A DNA stretch of 64,000 nucleotides from a virus (Duplodnaviria > Heunggongvirae > Uroviricota > Caudoviricetes). The translations under genes were made by a program, and so were the position numbers. Where the stretch lies: the IMG/VR virus record IMGVR_UViG_3300028591_000092, positions 43,662-107,661 of that record; one strand, 5' to 3'. The notes under the pieces are model-generated. The model was given only the letters and a program-made list of their open reading frames with translations. It did no database searches and was not told the origin of the DNA. Shown here piece after piece: positions 13,601-27,300 of this stretch; position 1 is the first letter of the stretch, and each line of letters starts with the position of its first letter.

Positions 13601-15485
13601 CACCTGCAGATAAATTATTATTTATAATATCGTGCTGTCTTCTTATTTCCTTTTTAATGTCTTCGCCACGTCCTGCTATAATAGCTTGTAGTAAAGTGTA
13701 GTCCTATTTCGTTTGAGCTGGAGATTTTCCAGTCATTCTCTATATAAATGGCTCAATATGGTCAATATTCAAATGGAATAATGCACCACCTGCAGCTCCT
13801 CCTACAAGAGTGGCAAGATAGCGCTCAAATCCTTCCTTGCTGAATACGTTTTGGAAGCCTCCAAATGATCCTTGTGAACCAGTAAAACCAAGCCACGACA
13901 TTGTATCAACAACGCCTTTTACCATGTCTTGTATAACTTCTTCAGACACTTCTTCAACGCCTTCAACTATTGCAGACTTCCACATTGATTCTGTAGGTTC
14001 AATTAACGTCTCTTCAGCAAGATTACGTAATTTTGATCTATATGATTTAAGAGTGGTTGCAAATGTCTTAGGATTTCCTTCGCCTAAATCTTTAACAGAC
14101 TTTTCAAACTTAGGCAGCAGGTCTCTAACGATTTTTGCAACAGGGCCTCTTAACACGCCTTCTTCAGTTCCAGTAGTTTCTCGTAAGAACCACGTTCCAA
14201 GACCTCTTGTAGACTCGTTAAAGTTCATTATACCATATAATCCAGACATAGTTGCCAATGAAGCAAATCCTGCAGTTCTGCGGTCATATCCACCATTTAA
14301 TGCATCATTATATACATCTGCTCCAGATATTAAGCCCATATAAGCTAAAGCAAATTGCCTTGCAGCTTTGTTTTTCATGTCTGCATTTTTAATAAATTTT
14401 GCAAGACTTGCTGCAGCTCTTTGCTGATATAACTATCCGAATATGTCAGAAGTTAAGTTTCCTACAGACTCTAATGACCAGAATCCTTGTCCTTCTCGTG
14501 ATGTAGAAGAATCAAATTTTCTAAACCAGTTTTCTAGTTTTGTTGCTTGCTTTGAAATTTCTGATGGCTAGTCTCCAGTAAAAATACCTTCTAATGATTT
14601 ATACACAGTAGGTAATACACTAGCAAGACCTACCGCTGCAGTAAATGCACCATAATAAGCATTAAATCCAGGAATTAAATATGGCAGTACATGAACAAAG
14701 GTTTTCATGGCTATTCCTGCAGCTGATTTATCATACCCATCTGAATCAAAAAAATCATATTGATTAATCCATGAATCTTCTTTTGTTAATATATCAGAAA
14801 CAGAAACAACTTTTTTATCTAAAAGTTCACGATCACCAATTAACTCAGTATAATAATTACCATTTTCATCGGTTTTTCTCTGTCCTTTATAATGCTACAC
14901 TTCTTGTCCTGTCATAGGGTCAACATGTGTTCCGTTTTCATCCCACTGAGCATAAACAAGAGTTTCTCCAAACATCTTCTTAAAGAAAGACATTGATTCT
15001 GGAGTTTCATCTAGCCATTTATTATTTTTAGGGTCGAAGATCCTATTACTCTATGCATTCTCTTCTTCCGTATATAAAGGATCACCTTTTTTATTTATCC
15101 CATTTATACCATACGAATAACCAAGAGGATTTACTAAATTTTCATATTTAGAATCATTAGATTTAATATTTGCGCCAAGTGGTTTATATCTACTAGCACT
15201 ACTATATTCCAATTGTTTTTCTAATTCATCTACAGCTTTTTTATTAGTAAGATCCTGATATTTTTGTGCAGCTAATAAATATGCCTATGTAAATGACTAT
15301 TCGTCAAAAACATCGTCTTTTGTAAATATTTTTTGCACTAAAGGTGTGTTTTTATATTCTTCTGGAGATAAAAAACTAGTATTATCTGGAGTTAGACTAT
15401 TTTGATATAAATCTAATACCGATGCCTATGGTGCTTTTAATGTAGCTACAAAAATATCATTTGGTTTTTTTACTTCGTTTGCCAT
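7695..15485 (-). CDS. Giant internal virion/ejection protein (~2596 aa) with an SF1 helicase-like domain
   Basis: Starts MANEVKKPNDIF at 15485 and ends at TAA 7695. Thirteen track ORFs share this frame. Helicase motifs GAPGSGK, VVIDEA, LLGDQTQ, GSYRAS, TLEQIQGDEYD and ITRSR lie between ~11030 and ~9890. Confidence 0.82.
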
Positions 15486-15486
15486 A

Positions 15487-17331
15487 TTATTGCTAATATA
15501 ATTCAGCCCCAGCAGCTGTAAAAGATAACTGTTGAGGTACTTGATTTAACATATCTTGTTGTAATGTTTGGTTGTCTACCTGGCTTCCGTACCCTGCGAA
15601 TGTTCCAGCATTTAATGCAGCATTAGGAGAAATTTTTATAAATATTGGAACCTATATTATATCATCCCACTTATTCTTCCCCTAAACAGTAATTCCTGTA
15701 TCTTTCTTTAGTTTTTTACTATATATAGATTCAAATAACTAATCAATATAATCTTCTTCAGATCCTTTTAATTCTCTAGTTAGTGCGTTCTTACTATCTA
15801 CTAAATCGTCTATAGTATACCCATGAGTCATTAAAAATTGTTCCGTATTCTGGTTATTTATGATGTTACCACTTGCATCATACATAACTCTTGAGCCTTT
15901 TTGCATATGAATTTGATTCTTTTTAACAGGATCTGTTATATGCTTTTCTTGTATTTCTGCTTCAGCAGCAGAATAAGCGTGGAATGCTTCCCAATCTATA
16001 TTGCCATTAATATCAACAGGCATCCACACACTAGCAACCTCATCTTGTGTATATAAAATATTTTGAAGCATCCCCTCTGATATTTTATCAAATCCCATAT
16101 ATGCTTGAGACATATCTAGATATTTTCCAAGACCTTTTCCTGATAATGCCAGAGAAAGAGGCGCATTTGTTACGGCTTCATTTTTATCATTAACCAATGA
16201 CGGGATAACAGTTCCTTGAGCAACAAGAGCATGTCTGTTCTTATAATTAGGATCTGTTATTTTAATCTGAGTCTAATTTAAATCATTATTAAATAAGACT
16301 TCTGCCATAGTTAAATTATGTGTTTTTGGTTTTGTTTCCGCACCAGTTCCTGCCGCTTTATTAATGCTTGCATCATAATCCATGCCATGAGAAACCTTAA
16401 AATCATTATTTGCAGTTGCAGCCATGCCTATAATATCTGAAGCATACTTAATACTGTTTTCATATTTCCCGCCAGCAGCAACATTTCTAGCAACAAGTTG
16501 AGTTCTTATATTATTTGGTAAAACACTCATAATATAACTCATTGCCACATCCATGTTTTTTGATTTATATTGGTCCTTAACTTTAAATATAGCGTCTGGA
16601 CCTATTTGTTGAGATAATTGATAAAGTTCTCTTAAAGCCTATAATTGTTCTTCGTGTAAAGGCTTTTTACCTGCCTCTTTTCCTATGATAGAACTTAAAT
16701 TAGTATAAGCTTCTGTAGCGTTCTCAGCCGTACCAACAGCTTTAAGAATTCCCTATATATAATCGTTAATTTTTTCTATTCCTATATTATTTCCAACAGT
16801 TGTAGCGATAGACTCATTGTCTACTAACTGCGGATTATATTTTCTTTGTTGTAAAAGCTCTCCTACTGTTAATGCCTAATGTTTAGAAGCATCAAACTAA
16901 GAGGCATGTATTAATTGGAGACTTCCATTTTCTCCAGCAACATATAAATTACCTCTGGCATCTACTGCAAATTCATCTAATGCACCATTGTCGTCGGCTC
17001 TTTTCTCTGCAGCATTAAGATATTCAGAATTTTTTATAATCTGATTTGCATATGCTTGAAGTTTGTATAACTGTCTTTTATCCACGCCAATCCCAAAGTT
17101 AGCCTGCTGTTCAAAATCAGCTAACATATCGTAAAACCTGTTTACATCATTAGGAATTCCCTTTAGTCCTAGTTCTTTCATTAAATATTCTGGAATTAAT
17201 CCAGAATCTTTAGAAGATTTTGAAGATGCTGCCTCTGCCTAGCGATCTGCAGTGGCTGCACTAGAGTGGGGGTTAGCTACTGATGAGTAGAAAACCCCAC
17301 CTCCGCTTTGCAGTATATTTAGATTTTTCAT
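15487..17331 (-). CDS. Internal virion (ejection/cargo) protein, 614 aa
   Basis: MKNLNILQSGGG start, TAA at 15487-15489. Track ORFs 15739..16197, 16273..16554 and 16897..17181 are in frame. Lies in the block upstream of the vRNAP. Confidence 0.72.
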
Positions 17332-19214
17332 TTAAAAATAGATCTTAATAAAATCATTTGTTCTTTAGATAATCTATCTAAATCGTTTGTAAGCTTTTTT
17401 GTGCTTAATTCATTACGTTTATGCTAAGCAGTTTTTTGATATTGCTGCTCTTTCTATCTATGATTCTAATAATCAATATATCTAGCTCTAATAGTTCCTC
17501 CTTTTGCAAGACCTGCTATAACAGGCTGTACCTATCCAACATATAATGGAGACACATTAGACATTTTAATAGGTCTATACCTGCCCTGATTGCTTATAAT
17601 TTCTGGCTGCATCAAATTTTGTGCCTATAACCAATTCTAAATTCTATACCATTCATTTGTATAGTCTTTCCAAGAATCATTCAAAGAACGTTCAAATTGT
17701 GCTCTATAATTTTTAGCAAATGCCGAATCTCCTTGGAATATTTGTTGTAATAATTCTTCTTTTTCTGGAGAATCTTGCTCACTATTTAATAATTCAATTT
17801 GCCCTGCAGTTAATCCATCAATAGAATCAAGATTATTAATTAAATCTTTCTTAAATGCATCATAAGCAGCAGACTTAGTAAAATCTCTTGCATCTATTAA
17901 ACGTTGTTGTGCTGCTCTAATCTACTAATCAGCAAGCATTCCATTGTAACCTTTTAGCCATCCCTATTGATTTATTCTAGTGTCTTTAAGCCACTCTCCA
18001 TGAGAGGTATACATATTACCAATATAACTATTTGTAGCTTGTGTTTTTGCTAAATCATATCGACGTCTTGCATCAAGAATATTATTCCAAGCCGCCGTAT
18101 TTGCAGCATAATTATGATTTGCTACAGCCGCAGCAGTTTGTTTGTTTTTGTTGACGGTTTCCTCAAAAGCCTATCTTTCTTGAGCATCCTTTTCTGATTT
18201 TATTCCCTCAGCTTGAAGTTCAATTTGTGACGCTTGCTCATCCGCTAATCTTGCATTTTCAAGATTTGTGACCATGTCTGACCCATTTTGCATTTCTGCT
18301 CTATGTCTCATGTCTGCTGCAGTTTGCCCCATCGCAGCTCTTCTGAAATAGTCATTTGTCTTAATGTGCTATAAGTATGGTCCTTCAATTAAAGGAAATC
18401 TCATCTTTTCTTGAAGACTTTTCTGTCTTGCAGCAGAAATAAGATCATTTCCATACTAAGCAGAAAGAGGAATCCAGTCAGTCCAAGGATCTGGCTTTGG
18501 CGGCATAAGATTAAGACGATCAGCAAAAGTTACTGGTTTAACTCCCGGCGTTTCAGTTGTACTTTTTGTGCCGCTTGTATTTGAAGGCGTTGAAGAAGCT
18601 CCAGGAGTTTCTCCATCTTCCCCACCGGCATCACTATTACCAGGAGTTAGCTTTTCTATTCTATAGAATTTTCTACCATCTCCAGTATATATGCCAGAAG
18701 CTCTATCGTCTTCAACCCACTAAAATCCTTTCTGTTTAGCACGCTCATTAGCCCTCTAAAGTTCTTCATCATTAAATGAGTTGGCATATCTCTAATGAGT
18801 TATAGCCCCATAATAAGGATCAGCTTTCCAAGAATCTCCAAATCTATCTCCAGAGTCTGCTAAGGCTGGATCATTATATTCCCATCCTTCCTAAAAAGCA
18901 TTAGTGTGAAAACCATAATCATTAAATCGCTATTGGTAATCCTAAACACCATTGTATTTTATGGCCCTATCTCCAGAATATCCTGTGCCTGTACGTAAAG
19001 CGTAATAATCTCCAAGAAAGTTATTAAAAGACTCTACATCAAAATTAGGATCATTAAATATATTGTCATATACATCTAAGTAAGAGTCGTTAACTTTTCC
19101 TCTATCAAAGATTCCAGAATTACTTGTATTAGATACTTTAGTAGAACCTCCGCCTCCTTTATATTTCCTTACAGACCCTCCTGATTGAAGTAGTTTTGTA
19201 AAATTATATTTCAT
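17328..19214 (-). CDS. Internal virion (ejection/cargo) protein, 628 aa
   Basis: MKYNFTKLLQSGG start. The TGA at 17328-17330 overlaps the next ATG. Ala/Gln-rich coiled-coil C-terminal half. Confidence 0.7.
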
Positions 19215-19215
19215 A

Positions 19216-21816
19216 TTATTTATGTGCTTTTAGATATTCACCAAAACGATCTAGTTTGCCTCCTTGTTTTTCTTCTACCATATATGGATCGGAATTACGT
19301 CTTGTTCCTGACTAAGCCTGCTCGGTCTATTGCTGACCTCGTTTCCATCCACCAGCGCCTCTCTTTTCACCACGAGCATCTTGAGCTTTTCTTTCTTTGT
19401 GAATTTCTGCAGCCTTTTTATCTCTTCGTATTGGTTCCGCAATGTAATTATATCCTTTTTTAACTCCAGATCCTACTGCTTTGCCTGCTGACCTATAAGC
19501 ACCATAAGTAGCTTTTCCAGTTCTAACAGTACCAGTAAGAAGCATTAATCCTCTTCCAAGAGTTTGCCAATCTTGTGCTGTCATGTTCTTAGGATCTTCT
19601 GTTGTAAGCTTCTTTGCCGCAGCAATGTATTTATCACCATCTGCATATGCACTCCAAAGACCAATTAATAAAGGAAGGGTTCTTGAAATAACTTTTACAG
19701 CGTTTTTGGTTATCTTTAATGATTTTCCTCCAGGTAATAAACCTACAACATCTAAACCAATATTGACACCCAATGTTCCTAAATCTTTCCATTGGAAACC
19801 GTCTTGCATTATATCTGCAGCGAAATCAGTTCCAGAAGCTCCTAAGCCCAAAATACCAGATGCAATAGTACCACCACCTGGAGCAAAGGAAGCTCCAAGT
19901 GAAGCAATATCGGCTGCAAGTGCTCCAAGTCTCATCCACTCTGTAGTAGAAAATCCTTTCCTCTAACTTGCCATGTAATCTGCAACACTAGAATATCCAG
20001 CTTTTTCGGCAGCTTCTATTAATTTCTAATTTTCTGCAGCATCAGCATCTTCGTCAGAAATAACTGATTTAGTAGAAACTTTATCAACACGATATTTCTC
20101 TGTTTGTTTAAACCATTTTTTAAGAGAATTATCATCTAATTTAATAATTCCTGACTCTAATAAAGATCCAATATATGCCAATATATTTTCAGGATTTTTA
20201 AGACCATCAAAAGCTTCTAGTTCTCTTACATCAGAGGCTGTTCTACTATAAGGTCTTTTGTCTAAAAGATCCAGCATTCTTGTAGCCCATTCTTGTGGAT
20301 TTTGAACTCTATCGCCTGTAATAGTAGTAGGAGTTGAAAATTGAATTCCTTTTAATTTACTGCCAATTTGGTTATCTGTTTCTTTCCATCCGTTTGGATT
20401 ATATTTACCAATCTTTTGTTCTAATTCAGGATCATCCCAACGAGTTGCTGCCAACTCTCCATTCTAATCTATATAATAGAACCATGTATCAGGTCTAAAT
20501 TCTAATGTTCCTGTCTCTAAATTTTCGTCAGACCAAGGAGAACCATTATCATTAACAGCAATAACATGACCTTTACTATCAAATAAAGACGAAACATCAA
20601 CGAAATTATTTAAGTTGTGTTTGATATTAGCAGCAGCACCTAAACGATTTACAAAATCATGAACTGCTTTACTTTCATCTGTATAGTTCATTTGAGGATT
20701 AAAATCATTATAAATAGTAAATAATCCCCTTCTCTCTTTAATTTTTTTGTCTTTGTAATTTTGAACTGCCTCATAGAAAGCGTCTTCAGGAGTCAATGTA
20801 CTAGAATCTCCATACCAAACTTTTCCATTAGCATCAGAGAAAATACCTTGTCCAAAAGTAGATCCTTCTAGCCCACGAGTTCTCCAATCAGTATTTAAGT
20901 ATTCTAGCGGAGCAACAGCAGAATAATCCTCATTAAATGCATAAACATTATTAGCATCATCACGCATTAATTTAATCTTATTATCTGCAAGATATTTCTA
21001 AACTTCTGCATTATATCCTAATGAAGATATATCTTCAATCGGATTATATCCTTGTTGTTGCCTTACTTTTAAATTTCTACTCGCTTGAGACTCCCTAGGA
21101 AGATAGTCATTAAAATATTCTTTAAATTTAACAGGATCAACACCTGCCCACATAACAATATCAGCAAGCTCTTTTACTGTACTTGAATCTATTTTTTTAG
21201 TAGGCAAACTTTGAATAAATTCTCCTAATTTTCTGTGAGCTTCTTTATATGTAGCAACATCAGAATCTTTAATACCATAAACTTTATTCCCAACTCCGGC
21301 ATTTAAATGTTTAACAGCGGCATCAAGATTATTATAAACATTAGTTGCAAAATTCATTATTTTAGATTCTAATGAATCCGTATCAAAACCCCAACCAGTT
21401 TTCCATCCTTTATCCCACTGATAGTGAGACCAATTTATAGACGGAGATTCCGTGCCAGAAGATGTGGCTCTGGAAGAAGATGTGGCTTTTCTATTCTAAT
21501 CCAGATACAAACGAAAAAGCTAATTAGCGTTATTTGTATTTTCCTCTCTAGAATAGCCGTTAAATATATTTTTTGTGGAAGCTCTTGGAGACGCGCTAGG
21601 ACCAGAATATTCAACACCATTTTTACGAGAGTCTGCCATTTCCTTTCCTATTTCATAGACTCTAGTTAAATATTGCTCAACACTTCTGTCGTTCATTTGA
21701 TCAACTGCCATATAATTAGCACTTGACTCCATAAATCCATCTAACCAGGATCTCGTTGCTGGACTTGCTTCCTAATAAGCCTGTTCATATTGAGCTCTAG
21801 CTGTATTATAATCCAT
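19216..21816 (-). CDS. Internal virion (ejection) protein with hydrophobic Gly/Ala segments, 866 aa
   Basis: MDYNTARAQYEQAY[TAG]EAS start, TAA at 19216. Five track ORFs are in frame. Membrane-like stretch LGALAADIASLGASFAPGGG...GVNIGLDVVGLLPGG. Confidence 0.72.
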
Positions 21817-21852
21817 ATTATATTATAATTTTAAATTCTATTAATAACAAAT

Positions 21853-21880
21853 AAAGGGGCGTTATTTGCGCCCCTTTTTA
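21853..21880. terminator. Intrinsic terminator-like hairpin
   Basis: AAAGGGGCG-ttatttg-CGCCCCTTT flanked by A/T tracts. Confidence 0.7.
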
Positions 21881-21896
21881 AATGTGAGCAGCCTGA

Positions 21897-22178
21897 TTAC
21901 TTTCTAACCAAACGTCCACCTTTGCGTTGGAAGGTCGGTTGAGCTTCTTGTGCTGCACCAGCTACCATTTCTAAAGCTGCTTGAAGAATTGCAGCTACAG
22001 CTTGAGGATCACCAATTTGCTGCATCAGCATTTGAACTAACTGTTGAGCAACTTGCATTAAAGCCTCATCTCCGCCTTGTGCAGGAGCTGCTTCTGGAGC
22101 TCCACCTTCAGGTGCACCTTGTGCTTCAGGAGCAATTTCACCACCATCCTAAAATTTCTTTAATAATGTATACTTCAT
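21897..22178 (-). CDS. Small Ala/Gln/Pro-rich virion-associated protein (93 aa); absent from the ORF track
   Basis: MKYTLLKKF[TAG]DGG...TFQRKGGRLVRK-TAA. Visible only if the TAG at 22149-22151 is read through. Confidence 0.75.
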
Positions 22179-22217
22179 TTTAAAAACGTTTTTAAGTTAA
22201 TTTTTCGTTTTAACATA

Positions 22218-22235
22218 CAAAGTTAATAAAAATAT
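22218..22235 (-). promoter_or_regulatory. Bacteroidota sigma70-type promoter (-7 element TAACTTTG)
   Basis: ATATTTTTATTAACTTTG on the minus strand, an identical 18-mer to 40868-40885. Matches the TAnnTTTG consensus. Confidence 0.7.
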
Positions 22236-22284
22236 CTTAAATAAAATATATTTTGACGACAATTTTTAATTAAGCGCTCAAATA

Positions 22285-23004
22285 TTACTCTGGTGCCTAT
22301 ACGTATTGGGGAGCGCGCGAATCCTAAGCATCAAGCTCTTTAAACACCATTTTGGCTACTTTTTTGTAGTACATGTCGGAATCAGATCTATAAGCTTTTA
22401 AAGCAGTTTTAATTAATTTTCTAGTAAATATTCTTGAAAAAATTCTTTCTCCTCCAGAAAGTCTTCCCTGAACATCCCCATTAGAATCTAAAACAAGCAT
22501 TTTACTATGTTTGACTTGTTCTTTATCTTCTTCGCTTAACTCATCTGACTCAAATTCTAAGATATCTCCTATATTAATACCAGAATCAGGATTAACTTCA
22601 AGAACATATTTATAGTTTTCTCCTTCAACAGGATCTTCGCTATGTGCTTTAACAGTAGATACTTTTATTACTTTTTTATCTTCTCCTATAAAAATAATAT
22701 CTAAATCTATAGAAGTATCTTTCATAGTATAGTAACCTGTAGTTACATCGTCATGCACAAAAAGCATTCCCTCGTCTTCATCTAATGTTTCTATTCTTGA
22801 CAATCCATCTTTTCGCTCTTCTTCTGTATCTGCAATTTCAACGTCATATTCTTTATTGCCTATAGTAATAGTTTCTGTAGGATTAAGAACTTTAACAGAA
22901 CCTCCTTCTGCTTTAACAGTAATACCTCCTTGCTAAAGAATAGTAATCATTTGAAGTTTCTGAGAATCAGATAAGTCTGATTTTAAAATATCATCTATTG
23001 TCAT
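22285..23004 (-). CDS. DUF192 (COG1430)-like domain protein, 239 aa
   Basis: VEIADTEEERKDGLSRIETLDEDEGMLFV...MKDTSIDLDIIFI is a DUF192-type signature. C-terminal GGERIFSR domain. TAA at 22285. Confidence 0.75.
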
Positions 23005-24383
23005 ACTTGTTCCTCCATTCTAGGTATTAAATCTGTATTATCATCTGTGTTTGTTAATAACTCTTTTACAATCCGTTTTCCAACTTCCAAAGCTAGGTCT
23101 AAATCTTTTTCGTCTGACTCATGCCATTTCTTTCTAGCATCTTCTACATAGACAGTAAGCTCTTTATTAAAAATAACTTCTTCTGCTTCTATTTCAGCTG
23201 ATTGGTTAATTTTATCTTCCTAAGCTTTTATTTCTACTAATGTATCTACAGAATCATCAACATCTTGTATTACTGGGATTCCTTTTTGTGTTATTCCGTC
23301 AAGATCTATATTATTCTTATTCTTATGCATTGCTCCTTCTGGAATTAAATTTGGATTATCAGAAGTTTCGATTTTCTCAAGTTTTGCACCATTTTTTGCA
23401 GCAATTACCTAAGGCTCTTCTTTTTGCCAATATTTAATAGTTTCTGGAGCATGATATTTAATAGTCTCTTTTCTTTCAAGTTTAGCTCCTTGTTTAGCAG
23501 CTAATAAAGAAGTATCTACACCCCCATTAAGTGCAATTTCATTTTGCATAAGAACATTATCTACAGAATTAGCTCTGGCTTCTTGTTCAAATTTGACGTC
23601 TTCAGAAATTTCAGCTGCGGCTAATGCCATTCTTGCCTGTTCATTACGTCTTGCTAATTTGGCTTCCATCTTTCCGGCATTAAGTCCGCCGAGACCAATC
23701 ATTGCTCCAAAGTCTCTTGAAGAAGATGATTCCATGTGTCCAAGAGTGCCGAAACCAGAATTGTCTATATTAACATCAAATCCCTATACAGTCTGTCCGC
23801 CCGCTTTAGTCAAGAAATTAGCACCTTCTAAAGCTGCAGCCGCTGCCATTGCATACGGGTTTCCAGACTTCATTAAAGCACCAGAAACCCCATGCACAGC
23901 AGAGTCTATAGCAGCAGATTGTGCTCCGAAGTTTTTATCCCCCATAGCAAGATTATCTACTGCATTTATAGCTTTAATTCCAGCATCAGCAATCATGCCT
24001 ATTCCTTGAGAAGAAAGTCCAGAAGACTTAGGTGTCTGCATAACATCTTTACTAGCAATTTCGCTTACAGAACCTTCTGTATCCTGCCCAGAAGAAACTC
24101 CATTTTGTAAAACATTATTTATAAGATTTTCTGTAGATATTTTTTGAACTGGCGCATTATTTGCAGCATCATTTCTTTGATTTTCTGCTTCTTGAGCCTC
24201 ATTTTCTATATCAGACTAAGATTTGCTAAAAATTTCTTCTATTTCTGCATCAGTCTTCTATGCCAATTGTGGATATTTCATTCTTAAAGCAGCAGTATCA
24301 ATATTTTGACCAAATGACATGCTTGATCCGAACTAGAGTTTTCTGATCATATTTCCACCATTATAAAACTTTAAATAATTCAT
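23001..24383 (-). CDS. Internal virion/cargo protein, 460 aa
   Basis: MNYLKFYNGGNMIRKL[TAG]FGSS start. The TGA overlaps the next ATG. Track ORFs 23409..23735 and 23784..24041 are in frame. Confidence 0.68.
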
Positions 24384-24384
24384 A

Positions 24385-27300
24385 TTATGCAAAACTATAA
24401 TTAAACATGGTCTATATAGCCTGAATAACTACTAGATCTTTTCCAGTATATCTTACTTTAACTTTTATATACTTGTCACGATGACGGGTTTCATAAAGTT
24501 TAGTAAACCAAATATTATGTGCTTTTGCAATATCAGGATTTTCAGCATTTTCTATCCAAGGAACAGTCTATGTTTTATTTGAATTTGCCCAAAGTACATA
24601 AGCATACTTGATGTTAACAGGCCTTATTTCTACATCCCACAAATCTTCAAGATACTACATATTTCCACGTACTCGACCATACTTACGAATATCATTTCCA
24701 AATTGTTCTGTATGAATACGATATTCATTTAACTACTCATCTTCTACTATAATAGTTTCAGAAGTGTTATATTTATAATCGTCTTCATCTGTAGTTTTAG
24801 AATAATCTGACCAATGATCTTTAGCAAAATCTTCGTATGTATTATATGAATATGAATTATCTGGAAGACCTTTCTTATCTGTTAATTTTATTTCAAGATA
24901 AGGGAGTTTTTGTATATATCCTCCTTGTGGGGCTTTAAATAATTTTGGGAAATCTAAATTTTCAGTAATGATTTGACTATAAGAAGTAGATAATACATAA
25001 TGATATCCATCTTCAAGATCTGTAAATTTACCTTCTTTAACTTTTTTGTTAATCCAGTAAATAATCTTTTTATATTCAAACCAATCATAATTTTCTCCAA
25101 CTATTTCATACTCAAACTTATAAGGTTCTGCCTTATTTGAAATAATCTTTAAATTATTAAAGATTTTCTAAATCTGAGAATCTTGGTTCACAACAAATTC
25201 AAAATTAAATTCATGTTGTTTTCCATACCAATTAGTTGGTTTAATCTTACCCTAATTATCATATAATCCAGATTGACCATGTTTCCATAAATCTAAACAC
25301 TCTCCCAAGAATCCTTCTCTTAATTCAGAATATTTTAATACAGGATCGCTTATATCCATATTTTCATCATATGGAGTAAAATGTAATTCTGAAATAAAAC
25401 ATCCTGTTGGAATATACAATTTTAATACGGATCTTCTGTCTACAAAGTTTTCAACATATTTAGCAATACAGAAACGCCAACTAGAATCTTTTCCAAATTC
25501 AAATGTTGATGGGGTTGTACCTTCAACTTTAGGAGTTTTTTCTACTCCAGACTCGCTTTCTTTATAATAGAAACTATAATATCCTTTTTCTGGAACTTGA
25601 AGAGACAGTTGGACTCCATGTTTCATACTATCTGTGCAAGTGCATTTATAAACGGTAGTGTTTTCGCAAAACATCTTGTCCATAAATACTTTATTCTTAG
25701 AGAAAGATACAAAATAATCTGTTGGTTTTGTTTTAGATTCAAGATATGAAGCTATTAAATCTTCTGGTTTTTCTTTATCGTTATTATAAACTTCATCTAC
25801 AGATTCCTTATCAAAACTAAAGAAGATATTATCAATATTACAAGATTCAATCGGATACCAGTCATAAAATGTTATCCATTGTCCAGATACCTCATTATAG
25901 CAAAGACTCCATGTTGTTCCTTTTTCCCATTTTTCAATTAATGGAATCGGATCTAAAGCATCCTAAAGAATAAGATTTCCACTTAAATCAACCTGCTCAT
26001 ATTCTACAGTGTCGATACTTGGTTTTATCCAACAATCATTATCATTGTCCCATATTGTACCAATTGGAACAATTTCATTTTCTCCATTGTCAGGATTTTT
26101 CATATAAGTATATCTACTCATTGGAATATCTTTATAATAAGTAAACATAACATCGTGTTTAAACTCATTATAATGTGTTTTAACATTTATATGCCCAGCA
26201 TACTCATTGAAGTCATATTCTGATAAATCAATGAAGTCATTTAAGAATTTAGAGATTTTATGATCAGAAATAAATTCAAGATTTTCTCCTGTAGTTCTCC
26301 AAATCTTTTTCGCAACAGTGTCAACACCATATACAATTCCTGAAGGAGTTTTAATAACAGAATCCTTCCACATAGAACCATAATCTCTTGTTATTGTTGC
26401 AACCTGAGTTGGCAATACAGATTTAGAACTTAAGAAAGGACTTTTTTCTTGTTCTGATTGTGGTGTTCTATTTACAGGAAGAACCCCAAGACCGTGCTAG
26501 AATACCACTAATAGTTTACCAGGCATTGGAACTAATTTTGTAATAGCTCCAAATTCTTTATTATACTCATGATATTGATCTTTAAAGATCATTCTAAATG
26601 AGTTAATAAATTGCTCTGTAACATTAGGCTTAGACCAATATATCCTATTAAAGTATTCTTGTTTAATGTAAGGAACGGTTGTGAAAGCGGGTTGACCATT
26701 AGAAGAAATTGTCCTTTTAGCTGCACCATTTATAATCTCTGATTCTAATTGATGGTCTTCTACATTCATTTCGCTCCAAGGATAGAATGAACGTTTCTTA
26801 TTAAGAGAAGCTTCTTCTGTAGCTTGTGTGAAATCAATATCTCTTAATGCTAAGTTATAATTAGAACAAATAGGAAACGTAATCCACTATCCAAAAGATA
26901 CAGCATTAACATCTGATCTATTAATTGATGCCAGACCATGAAGTTCCCAATCATCATCAGATTTAAAAATGGCCTTTAGATTTATTCCTCCCTAAGCCTC
27001 TTGTTCTTTTGGATTTACTTTTTTAATCTTATTTCCTTCTTTATTTGCAAGAATGTCTTCAATAGAGGCTTTACTTGGATCTATCTCGTCTTTAATATTT
27101 ATTTCAAAGGCTTGAACAATTTCATTTGCAAAGGTGGTTTGTTCATCAATATTATTTCCTTGATTACTTAATCTTTGACTTGACTAAATAATTGTACCAA
27201 TGTTTCCAGTAAGAATTCCAAAAATTAAAGAAACAACATTACTTTTATTATTATTAGGACTTGGTATATACCAACCATCGCTATCTGCTGTTAAATTACT

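Noticed and set aside
12022-24110. Long plus-strand track ORFs (e.g. 12022..12519, 13837..14343, 19583..19966, 23593..24009)
   Set aside because: They are antisense shadows of well-supported minus-strand genes, with no recognisable motifs or promoters.
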